A DNA stretch of 38,744 nucleotides from an uncultured Anaerolineales bacterium (GTDB lineage Bacteria > Chloroflexota > Anaerolineae > B4-G1 > SLSP01), in contig CAZYYC010000004.1 in assembly GCA_964650935.1 (NCBI GenBank), positions 4,008 through 42,751 on the forward strand, read 5' to 3'. The stretch's first letter is position 1; every line of letters starts with the position of its first letter. This document shows, one piece after another, positions 15,309-23,733 of this stretch. The position numbers and the translations under genes are program-made. The notes beneath the pieces are model-generated. The model was not told where the DNA came from, ran no database searches, and saw only the letters and a program-made list of their open reading frames with translations.

Positions 15309-17795
15309 CTAGAGCTCGATCGCCAGCTCCGGCTCCTCGGCAGGCTTCAACTCAATACCATCCTCACCCTCGTCAACGATGATGACATCGCCCAGACGGT
15401 ATTTGCCTGCCAATAACGCATCCGAGATCGGTGTCTCGACCTCCTGCTGAATCAGGCGGCGCAGGGGGCGAGCACCATACTCGTTGCTGTATCCGTGAAT
15501 CGCCAGCCAGTCCTGCGCTTCGTCGGTGAGGCGGATATCAAAGCCGTTCTCCAGGAGACGATCCCTGACCTTGCTGATCTCCAGCCCGACGATCTCACGG
15601 ATATCATCGTGGTTGAGCGCCCGGAAAACGACCACGGCGTCGACACGATTTAGGAACTCGGGTCGGAAAAGCTTCCTCAGCCGTCCCATCAGCTTCTGGC
15701 GCATCTCTTTGTAGCTCTGCCCCTCATTGGTCTCAACGGACTCCAGCGCAAAGCCCAACGATCCCTGGCGCAGAATATCATCGGCACCGATATTGGAGGT
15801 CATGATCAGCAGCGTGTTACGGAAATCCACCTTATGCCCACGGGCATCCGTCAACACGCCCTCCTCCATCATCTGCAGCAGCATATTGAAGGTGTCGGGA
15901 TGGGCCTTTTCTATCTCATCAAAGACCACAATTGAGTAGGGACGCCGGCGAATCGCCTCGGTCAACTGCCCGGCATCGTCGTACCCGACATAGCCGGGAG
16001 GGGCACCCACCAACCTGGCAACGGCGTGGCGTTCCATGAACTCGGACATGTCGATCTGGATCAGCGCATCTTCGGTGCCGAACATGAAGCGGGCCAGCGC
16101 CTTGGAGAGCTCGGTCTTGCCCACACCGGTCGGCCCCAGGAAGATAAATGAACCGATGGGACGCCGCGGATCCTTCAGGCCCGCCCGCGCACGCCGCACC
16201 GCCTTTGCGATGGCCTCGATAGCCTCATCTTGCCCCACAATGTGGTGCCGCAGGTCGCTCTCCATCTCCAGTAGACGGCGGGACTCCTCCTCGGCGAGCT
16301 GGGTCATCGGAATCCCGGTCCACATCGCAATGATCTCCGCAATGTCGTCCGGTCCGACGGTCAGCCCCTCGTCCTCCTCGGTCCGCATCTGCCGCAACAT
16401 CTCCATGCGGCTCTCGAGGCTTCCCTCCTCCGTCTTGAGATCCGCAAGCTCCTGTCGCTTACCGGCAACCTTGAACTGCGCCTGTCTGAGCCGCAGATCC
16501 TGAAGCTGTTCAAAGACCTCGCGCAGCTGAATCGAGAGGGGCGACTTATACATCTTCACCCGCGAGGCGGCCTCATCCATGACATCGATGGCCTTGTCAG
16601 GCAAAAAACGCTCCGGGACGTACCGGGAGGAAAGTTGCGTCGCTGCCTGAAGTGCCTCATCGCTGATCAAGAGGTTATGATGCTGCTCGTAAGCGTGCTT
16701 GATCCCGCGCAGAATCTCAATGGTCTGCTCTTGTGTGGGCTCATTCACCATCACGGGCTGGAATCGCCGTTCCAACGCAGCATCGGACTCAATGTGCTTA
16801 CGATACTCATCGAGCGTCGTTGCCCCGATGCACTGTAACTCGCCACGGGCCAACGCCGGCTTGAGGATATTCGCCGCGTCGATCGAGCTGCCGGCGGAAC
16901 CGGCGCCCACCAACATGTGGACCTCATCAATAAAGACAATCGTATTGCTGTCCTTCAACTCGACGAGGACCTTCTTGAGTCGCTCCTCGAACTGCCCTCG
17001 GTACATCGTACCCGCGACCAGGCTGCCCACGTCGAGCTGCACCAGCCGCTTTCCCAAGATCGGTCCGGGCACGCCGCCGGAGACGATACGCTGAGCCAGC
17101 CCCTCCACGATCGCTGTCTTGCCCACACCGGGCTCACCGATCAGGGCAGGGTTGTTCTTGGTCCGGCGCGCGAGGACCTGAATCACGCGCTCGATCTCCT
17201 CCTGCCGGCCGATGACCGGATCCAGGCGATTTTCGACCGCCATCTCCGTCAGGTCGACCGCAACCTGCTCCAAGAGTGTGTCGGACGATCCGGACCGGGG
17301 TTCGGATCTCGTCCCTCCCCCCGAGCGTCGTTGAGGCGTCGTTGCCGTCTTGGGGCGCATCGGCATAAACCGCTCGATCCGTCTGCGGATCGTCTCGGCC
17401 GAGAGCCCTGCCTGCGTGAGCACAGCGATGATCACGCCCTCATGCTGTCGCAACAGTGCCAGCAACAGATGCTGAGTGTCCACGACCGCGCTGCTGTGTC
17501 GCTTGGCTTCCTCCAGTGACATCTGCAGTAGCATTTCAGTCGAATGACGCAGCTCCGGCTCAGGATCGGTCAACGGCTTGGCGCTCGACAGTCGCGCCAC
17601 CGTCTGCAAGGCCTGCTGCGGTCGCAACCCCATATCCCTCAGCACACGCCCGGCGATCCCCTCGCCTTCCAACATCAACCCCAGAAGAATATGCTCAGGG
17701 CCGATGGTCGCATGATGCATCCGTTTCGCCTCAATTTGGGCGAAGCGCAGCACCTCTTGTGCTGATGGTGTGAACCTCTCTAGCGGATCAGCCAT
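15309..17795 (-). CDS. clpC: ATP-dependent Clp protease ATP-binding subunit ClpC
   Basis: Clp-N repeats, two AAA modules (GEPGVGKT, GPTGVGKT), short middle coiled coil, LGF ClpP-binding loop, GARPLRR. Confidence 0.93.
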   Translation of the reverse strand: MADPLERFTPSAQEVLRFAQIEAKRMHHATIGPEHILLGLMLEGEGIAGRVLRDMGLRPQQALQTVARLSSAKPLTDPEPELRHSTEMLLQMSLEEAKRHSSAVVDTQHLLLALLRQHEGVIIAVLTQAGLSAETIRRRIERFMPMRPKTATTPQRRSGGGTRSEPRSGSSDTLLEQVAVDLTEMAVENRLDPVIGRQEEIERVIQVLARRTKNNPALIGEPGVGKTAIVEGLAQRIVSGGVPGPILGKRLVQLDVGSLVAGTMYRGQFEERLKKVLVELKDSNTIVFIDEVHMLVGAGSAGSSIDAANILKPALARGELQCIGATTLDEYRKHIESDAALERRFQPVMVNEPTQEQTIEILRGIKHAYEQHHNLLISDEALQAATQLSSRYVPERFLPDKAIDVMDEAASRVKMYKSPLSIQLREVFEQLQDLRLRQAQFKVAGKRQELADLKTEEGSLESRMEMLRQMRTEEDEGLTVGPDDIAEIIAMWTGIPMTQLAEEESRRLLEMESDLRHHIVGQDEAIEAIAKAVRRARAGLKDPRRPIGSFIFLGPTGVGKTELSKALARFMFGTEDALIQIDMSEFMERHAVARLVGAPPGYVGYDDAGQLTEAIRRRPYSIVVFDEIEKAHPDTFNMLLQMMEEGVLTDARGHKVDFRNTLLIMTSNIGADDILRQGSLGFALESVETNEGQSYKEMRQKLMGRLRKLFRPEFLNRVDAVVVFRALNHDDIREIVGLEISKVRDRLLENGFDIRLTDEAQDWLAIHGYSNEYGARPLRRLIQQEVETPISDALLAGKYRLGDVIIVDEGEDGIELKPAEEPELAIEL

Positions 17796-17926
17796 TTACC
17801 CATCCTCGTCTGTCCCACGTCACCCTCGCCCTAACCCGGGGCGATCTGACCCATATCACCGTACCTATCGATAGTCCGACCATCACTGACGATGGTCGAT
17901 GGCGACTTTCTAGGTCCCCTGATCTC

Positions 17927-17935
17927 ATTATAGCA
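17927..17935 (-). promoter_or_regulatory. Extended -10 promoter for clpC
   Basis: TGCTATAAT on the minus strand about 130 nt upstream of the ATG. Confidence 0.55.
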
Positions 17936-17972
17936 TAAATCAAGGGTCGAAGTAGGGGTCAGGAAAATAACG

Positions 17973-18002
17973 AAAAGGGCACAGGACCTCGGTCCTGTGC
18001 CC
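17973..18002 (-). terminator. Intrinsic terminator of the pnp/small-ORF transcript
   Basis: GGGCACAGGAC-CGAG-GTCCTGTGCCC followed by TTTTCGTTATTTT on the minus strand. Confidence 0.8.
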
Positions 18003-18061
18003 ATATACTCTTTCATGAGCGCCCCTGTCCATCATGGGGGCGCGATCAGCTTGCTATCAAG

Positions 18062-18241
18062 CTACCTCGCCGACTGCAGAATCACGCCGACGAACTCCTC
18101 CCACTCGTCCTCAAAGAGGTGAATGGTCACCGTCTCAAACTCGATGTGGTAGATCATCTCATCCGTCTCAGCTTCATGAGAGACCCAAATCGTGTAGTTC
18201 TCAGATTCACCCAGCGTCTTGACGTCAGGCTTCTTGTTCAT
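18062..18241 (-). CDS. Small acidic hypothetical protein (59 aa), absent from the ORF track
   Basis: MNKKPDVKTLGESENYTIWVSHEAETDEMIYHIEFETVTIHLFEDEWEEFVGVILQSAR. RBS AAGGAGG; lies between pnp and its terminator. Confidence 0.8.
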   Translation of the reverse strand: MNKKPDVKTLGESENYTIWVSHEAETDEMIYHIEFETVTIHLFEDEWEEFVGVILQSAR

Positions 18242-18277
18242 CCTTCCTCCTTATGCGCTGTTGTTGGTTATCAGGGG

Positions 18278-20458
18278 TTAATTGCGACGTCGCGAACGAC
18301 CGCCGCCGCCCCGTCGCCCACCTGATGGCGGCGAGTCCTGAGCTTGAGCCTCCTCAAGAGACCAGCCCTCTAGGACGGCCTGACGCGAGAGGCGCACCTT
18401 ACCGTCCGCGATACCCGTGACCATCACCAGGATCTCATCGCCCACATTCACCACATCGGTGACCTTCTCAACCCGCGAGTCGGAGAGCTGTGAGATGTGA
18501 ACCAACCCATCAACGCCGGGGAGGATCTCGGCGAAGGCGCCGAAATCGGCGACCCGCACCACCTTACCTGTATAGACCTTACCCAGCTCCGGCGACTGCA
18601 TCATCGAATCAACATAGGCCAACGCACGCTGCGCACCGTCACCGGCAGCCGCGGCGATGAAGACCGTACCATCTTCCTCCACGTCGATCTTGACCTCGTA
18701 CTCGCTCTGCAGCGCGCGGATCGTCTTTCCACCCGGGCCGATCAGCGTACCGATCTTCTCGGGATCGATGTGCGTGGTCAGCATCTTCGGCGCATAGTCC
18801 GAGAGCGACGTGCGCGGTTCAGAAATCGCGGACTCGATCACGTTGATGATCTCCTCGCGCGCGACGCGTGCCTGTTCCAGGGCCTCGGTGAGGATCGACC
18901 GGCTCACGCCCTTGATCTTGATATCCATCTGCAGCGCCGTGATCCCTTCGCGCGTCCCCGTCACCTTGAAATCCATATCGCCGAGGTGATCCTCCACGCC
19001 CTGGATATCGGTGAGCACGCGGTAGCGCTGTCCATCAGAAACCAGACCCATCGCAATACCACCGACCGCAGCTGTGATGGGCACACCCGCATCCATCAGC
19101 GCCAGCGTGCTGGCACAGGTGGAGGCCATGGAGGTGCTTCCGTTGGAGGACATCACCTCACTCACCACACGCACGGTGTAGGGGAAGTCCTCCTTCGACG
19201 GCAGTACCGGCTCGATCGCCCGCTCTGCCAGCGCACCGTGACCGATCTCGCGGCGCCGTGGGCCGCGGAGGGGCCAGGTCTCGCCCGTGGAGAAGGGCGG
19301 GAAGTTGTAGTGATGGATGTAGCGCTTGATGTCCTCCGGAAAGAGGTCATCCAGCTCCTGGCGCTCGCCGGGCATACCTAGCGTCGCTAAGCTCATCACC
19401 TGGGTCTCACCACGTGTGAAGAGTCCCGATCCGTGAGGTCGAGGAACGAGGCGGACCTCCGCGTCCAGCGCACGCAGGGTGCGCGGATCACGACCATCCG
19501 GCCGGATACCCCGATCCAGGATGCGCTCGCGCACGATTTCCTTGAGAAGATCGTTGAAGGCATCGCGGATCAAACGTGATGACCAGCCATTGGCCTCAGC
19601 CTCGTCGGCCAAAGCCACCTTGAGTTCGTCCTCAAGGGTGCTCAACGCATCGATACGCTCACCCTTCATCTCGGTCGTCTCGACCAGATGGCGCACCCGA
19701 TCCATCATCAGATCGTTCACGCGAGCCGTCAGCGCCTCAGGCGTCTCAAAGCGCGGGTAATCGAGCGTCTTGGGCTTGCCGACCTCGCGCTGCATCTCAT
19801 GCTGCATCCTGATCGCATCCTGGATCGAGCGGTGTGCCAATTCCATCGCATCGAGCATCAGGTCCTCGGAGATGATGTTGGCCCCGGCTTCGACCATCAG
19901 GATGGCATCCTCGGAACCCGCGACCACCAGGTCGAGGGCACTCTCTTCCATCTGAGCGATGTTCGGGTTGACCACCAGTTCGTCATCGATATAACCGATG
20001 CGCACCGCGGCGACAGGGCCCTCAAACGGAGCGTTGGAGATGGTCAGCGCCGTGGACGCCGCGATCAAGCCAAGGGTATCGGCGTGCTCCAGCTCACCCT
20101 GGGACAGGGGCTGAACGACCACCTGCACATCGTTGCGCATATCCTTAGGGAAGAGCGGACGCACGGCCCGATCGATCAAACGGCTCGTCAGGATTGCCTT
20201 CTCCGAGGGGCGTCCCTCGCGGCGGAAGAACGAGCCCGGAATACGCCCGGCGGCGTAGAGCCGCTCCTCGAAATCCACCGTCAACGGGAAGAAGTCAATG
20301 CCCTCACGAGGCGACCGAGCCATCGTCGCCGTCGCCAAGAGGACCGTATCACCGGATTGCGCGATGACGGCGCCGCCGGCGAGGCGGGCGATCTTGCCCG
20401 TCTTCATCGTGATCGTCTGATCACCCAGTACAAACTCAAACACGCGTTCTTCTAGCAT
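18278..20458 (-). CDS. pnp: Polyribonucleotide nucleotidyltransferase
   Basis: FFPLTVD, RREGRP, HGSGLFTRGETQ, RREIGHG, SNGSTS, DHLGDMDFKV, plus KH and S1 domains. Confidence 0.97.
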   Translation of the reverse strand: MLEERVFEFVLGDQTITMKTGKIARLAGGAVIAQSGDTVLLATATMARSPREGIDFFPLTVDFEERLYAAGRIPGSFFRREGRPSEKAILTSRLIDRAVRPLFPKDMRNDVQVVVQPLSQGELEHADTLGLIAASTALTISNAPFEGPVAAVRIGYIDDELVVNPNIAQMEESALDLVVAGSEDAILMVEAGANIISEDLMLDAMELAHRSIQDAIRMQHEMQREVGKPKTLDYPRFETPEALTARVNDLMMDRVRHLVETTEMKGERIDALSTLEDELKVALADEAEANGWSSRLIRDAFNDLLKEIVRERILDRGIRPDGRDPRTLRALDAEVRLVPRPHGSGLFTRGETQVMSLATLGMPGERQELDDLFPEDIKRYIHHYNFPPFSTGETWPLRGPRRREIGHGALAERAIEPVLPSKEDFPYTVRVVSEVMSSNGSTSMASTCASTLALMDAGVPITAAVGGIAMGLVSDGQRYRVLTDIQGVEDHLGDMDFKVTGTREGITALQMDIKIKGVSRSILTEALEQARVAREEIINVIESAISEPRTSLSDYAPKMLTTHIDPEKIGTLIGPGGKTIRALQSEYEVKIDVEEDGTVFIAAAAGDGAQRALAYVDSMMQSPELGKVYTGKVVRVADFGAFAEILPGVDGLVHISQLSDSRVEKVTDVVNVGDEILVMVTGIADGKVRLSRQAVLEGWSLEEAQAQDSPPSGGRRGGGGRSRRRN

Positions 20459-20489
20459 AGTTGCCTCCTCATAATCGACAGACCCGAGG

Positions 20490-20570
20490 CGAGTAGAAGG
20501 CTAGAAACTGGGAACTGCTGTACACTGCACAGTGCACCCCACTTCCCAATTCCCACCCTCTACCAAGCCC
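20490..20570 (-). promoter_or_regulatory. Long double-stranded pnp leader (probable RNase III site)
   Basis: GTAGAGGGTGGGAATTGGGAA pairs with TTCCCAGTTTCTAGCCTTCTAC around an inner TGCACTG/CAGTGTA stem. Confidence 0.55.
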
Positions 20571-20637
20571 GTTCAGTCGAATCTCAATGAGCCACGATCC
20601 GTGGCACGTTACCCGATCAGGTCGGGTCAAGAAAGCA

Positions 20638-20678
20638 ACAAGCGAGTAGAGGGGAACGACCCCACTCTACTCGCTTGT
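20638..20678 (-). terminator. Hairpin downstream of rpsO
   Basis: ACAAGCGAGTAGAG...CTCTACTCGCTTGT inverted repeat followed by TGCTTTCTT on the minus strand. Confidence 0.7.
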
Positions 20679-20713
20679 CACTGAACACCCAAATGACCAA
20701 TCCGAATACCGGT

Positions 20714-20980
20714 CTACCTGCGCAGCCCGAGGCGTCGAATGAGGTCCCGATAGCGCTGCGGGTCCTTCTTCTGCAGGTAGGCTAGATGCCGTCGCCGCTG
20801 TCCGACGAGCTTCAGCAAGCCCCGTCGTGAGTGCGTATCGTGCTTATGCACTTTGAGGTGCTCCGTCAGATCCGCAATGCGATGCGTCAGCAGCGCAACC
20901 TGGACCTCTGACGAGCCCGTATCATCCGGCGACAACGCATATTCCTTGATGATCTCTGCTTTTGCTTCTTTAGATATCAC
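20714..20980 (-). CDS. rpsO: 30S ribosomal protein S15
   Basis: [37 protein letters not shown]. Confidence 0.97.
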   Translation of the reverse strand: MISKEAKAEIIKEYALSPDDTGSSEVQVALLTHRIADLTEHLKVHKHDTHSRRGLLKLVGQRRRHLAYLQKKDPQRYRDLIRRLGLRR

Positions 20981-21050
20981 GACTTCCTACTCCTTATAGG
21001 GAACCGATCGACCGTATTTCACGAGTCGGCCAGTGGTCAACTTCAGCGGC

Positions 21051-21078
21051 AGTATACCACGGACGTCGTTTTTGACAA
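21051..21078 (-). promoter_or_regulatory. rpsO promoter
   Basis: TTGTCA-16 nt-TATACT with an extended TG. Confidence 0.65.
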
Positions 21079-21084
21079 CTGCGA

Positions 21085-21139
21085 GCGCTCGCACTCGTGG
21101 ACGAGGGCGCTCGCACTCGTAGGCGAGGGCGCTCGCACT
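21085..21139. repeat. 22-bp tandem repeat, 2.5 copies, between the divergent rpsO and rlmD promoters
   Basis: GCGCTCGCACTCGTGGACGAGG / GCGCTCGCACTCGTAGGCGAGG / GCGCTCGCACT. Confidence 0.85.
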
Positions 21140-21198
21140 TAGGCTATAATGGGGGTACAGGATCGGTCAAGAGATGAGGACAGTTACGAAAGGTTGCT

Positions 21199-22443
21199 AT
21201 GGCAGAGACCATCACGCTCGAATTGGATGCAATGGCACACGGCGGCGAGGCGATCGGGCGTCACGAAGGGCGCGCCATCTTTGTCCCTTACGCGATACCC
21301 GGAGAGCAGATACGGGCGGAGCTGATTGAAGACCGTGGCCGCTATGCGCGTGCGCGACTGGTCGAGATCTTGCGACCCTCGCCTATCAGGGTGGAGCCCC
21401 CCTGTCCTTTCTTTGGACAGGACAAGTGCGGTGGATGCCAGTGGCAGCACATCGACACAAGTGTACAGCCACGGATGAAGGGCCTGGTCACCCTCGATCA
21501 GCTGGAGCGCGTCGGCAAGTTCACCGCGCCGCCCGTTTTCGAGCCCATTCCCGACAGCCTGGGCTGGGAGTACCGCAACCACGCCCTCTTTCGCGTCAAC
21601 GCTGAGGGCCGCCTGGGCTTCCTCTCATCTCGCAGCCATGACGTCTATCCGATCGACGACTGCCTGATCATCCATCCCCTGCTCGGCACCCTGCTCAAGT
21701 CACTCGACATGACCTACCCGGAACTCGAATGGCTCGAGATGCGCGCAGGGACCGCCACAGGCGACCTGATGTTGCTCCTCCAAGCCAAGGAGGAGGAATC
21801 CCCGTCGCTCGAGGTCGACTTTCCGCTCTCCATCGTACAGATTCGTCACGATGACGCCGTCGCGCCCCTTATCGGGCTGGACTATCTTATCGAGCGGGTC
21901 CACGAGCGCGAGTTCCGTGTCTCCGCAACCAGCTTCTTTCAGGTCAACTCGGCCCAAGCCGCAGAACTCGTCGCGATCGTGTTGGGGGCGCTGGACCTCG
22001 ACGGTTCAGAGCACGTGCTGGATGCCTATTGCGGCGTTGGGCTTTTCACCGCCTTCATCGCCGAGGAAGCTCGCCACGTCACCGGCATCGAGATCAATCC
22101 GCCCGCCGTCGCCGATGCGCGCCACAATCTGGCCCACGCCGACAATGTCACCCTCCTGGAAGGGGCCGTGGAGGAGATGGTTGAAGACATCGATGGTCGG
22201 CTCGACGCCGTCGTCGTCGACCCGCCACGGACCGGGCTCGAGCCCGAGGTCATCGACGCGCTGATCGCGCGGAGCCCCACACGGCTGGTCTACGTGTCCT
22301 GCGACCCGGCGACCCTGGCCCGCGACTGCCGCAGATTGGCCCGCCAGGGCTATACCCTCGACTGGGTCCAGCCCGTTGATCTCTTCCCGCAAACCTATCA
22401 CATCGAGAATGTGGCGCTGATGTCGCGCGGGAGAGCAGGCTAG
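21199..22443 (+). CDS. rlmD: 23S rRNA (uracil-5)-methyltransferase RlmD/TrmA family
   Basis: TRAM domain, C..F...CGGCQWQH...C Fe-S motif, SFFQVN, DAYCGVG, DPPR, YVSCDPATLARD, DLFPQTYHIE. Confidence 0.9.
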   Translation: MAETITLELDAMAHGGEAIGRHEGRAIFVPYAIPGEQIRAELIEDRGRYARARLVEILRPSPIRVEPPCPFFGQDKCGGCQWQHIDTSVQPRMKGLVTLDQLERVGKFTAPPVFEPIPDSLGWEYRNHALFRVNAEGRLGFLSSRSHDVYPIDDCLIIHPLLGTLLKSLDMTYPELEWLEMRAGTATGDLMLLLQAKEEESPSLEVDFPLSIVQIRHDDAVAPLIGLDYLIERVHEREFRVSATSFFQVNSAQAAELVAIVLGALDLDGSEHVLDAYCGVGLFTAFIAEEARHVTGIEINPPAVADARHNLAHADNVTLLEGAVEEMVEDIDGRLDAVVVDPPRTGLEPEVIDALIARSPTRLVYVSCDPATLARDCRRLARQGYTLDWVQPVDLFPQTYHIENVALMSRGRAG

Positions 22444-22513
22444 ATACACGACCCGGCGTCCGAAGGCATCGTTGAGATCGATCGGACGCACTATCATCGA
22501 GAAGGAGGTGTTC

Positions 22514-23710
22514 ATGACGGAAAGACACATCGGCACCATAGTTAGAGGCATCCGCGCACCCATCGTCCGTAGGGACGACGATATAGTCGAGATCGTCATC
22601 AACAGCGTGATGGCAGCCGCGAGCAGTGAGGGCTTCGCCTTACGTGACAGGGACGTGATTGCGGTCACCGAAGCGGTCGTCGCGCGCGCCCAGGGGAATT
22701 ACGCCACGGTGCAGCACATCGCCAGTGATGTCAGAGCGAAGTTCGGGGCAGGGGCACTCGGCGTCGTCTTCCCGATTCTGAGCCGTAACCGCTTTGCGAT
22801 GTGCCTTAGAGGAATCGCACAAGGTGCCGACAGGATCGTGTTACTGCTCAGCTATCCTTCTGACGAGGTCGGCAACAGCCTGGTGGACCTGGATCAGTTG
22901 GATGAAGCCGGGGTGAATCCGTGGACCGACGTCCTGAATGAGACGACCTATCGCGAGCGCTTCGGCTACCCGGTACATCCCTACACGGGCGTCGACTACG
23001 TCGCCTACTATAAGGAACTGATCCGGAATGCCGGCTGTGATGTGGAGATTGTCTTCGCCAACGACGCACGCGCGGTGCTTGATGTCACCAAGCACGTGCT
23101 CTGTTGCGACATTCACACGCGGGCTCGAACGAAGCGCCTGCTGAAGGCGGCAGGGGCGGAATGCGTCCTCGGCCTCGATGACCTCCTTACAGCACCCGTG
23201 GACGACAGCGGCTACAACGAGATCTACGGCCTGTTGGGCAGCAATAAGGCCTCCGAGGAGACGGTCAAACTCTTCCCGCGGAACTGCGACGTCGTCGTTG
23301 AGGCGATTCAACGCCGGATCCTCGAGGAAACCGGTCGGGGCGTCGAGGTCATGATCTATGGCGACGGGGCGTACAAGGATCCTGTCGGCAAGATCTGGGA
23401 GCTCGCCGATCCCGTTGTCTCGCCGGGCTACACCGCCGGCCTAGAAGGGCAACCCAACGAGGTCAAACTCAAGTACCTCGCCGACAATGAGTTTCCGGAC
23501 CTCGAAGGCGAGGAGCTTAGGGCTGCCATCTCCGACTACATCCGCAACAAGGATAAGGATCTGGTGGGGAAGATGGCGTCCCAGGGCACCACGCCGCGTC
23601 ACCTGACCGATCTCATCGGATCGCTGGCTGATCTCACCTCGGGCAGCGGCGACAAGGGCACCCCGATCGTCCTCGTACAGGGATACTTCGACAACTACAC
23701 GATCGACTAG
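22514..23710 (+). CDS. CofE-like (coenzyme F420-0:L-glutamate ligase family) protein, long type
   Basis: GIRAPIV..DD, VTEAVVARAQGN, GDGA, DLIGSLADLTSGSGDKGTPIVLVQGY. RBS AAGGAGGT before ATG 22514. Confidence 0.8.
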   Translation: MTERHIGTIVRGIRAPIVRRDDDIVEIVINSVMAAASSEGFALRDRDVIAVTEAVVARAQGNYATVQHIASDVRAKFGAGALGVVFPILSRNRFAMCLRGIAQGADRIVLLLSYPSDEVGNSLVDLDQLDEAGVNPWTDVLNETTYRERFGYPVHPYTGVDYVAYYKELIRNAGCDVEIVFANDARAVLDVTKHVLCCDIHTRARTKRLLKAAGAECVLGLDDLLTAPVDDSGYNEIYGLLGSNKASEETVKLFPRNCDVVVEAIQRRILEETGRGVEVMIYGDGAYKDPVGKIWELADPVVSPGYTAGLEGQPNEVKLKYLADNEFPDLEGEELRAAISDYIRNKDKDLVGKMASQGTTPRHLTDLIGSLADLTSGSGDKGTPIVLVQGYFDNYTID

Positions 23711-23733
23711 GAAGGGGCCACGGGTATCCCGTT

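Noticed and set aside
17796-17940. CtsR or CIRCE heat-shock operator upstream of clpC
   Set aside because: There is no GGTCAAA repeat or TTAGCACTC-N9-GAGTGCTAA. Only a small hairpin (CGACCATC/GATGGTCG) is present, too weak to call.
21085-21139. Mini-CRISPR reading of the 22-bp repeats
   Set aside because: The units are contiguous with no unique spacers, and there are no cas genes.
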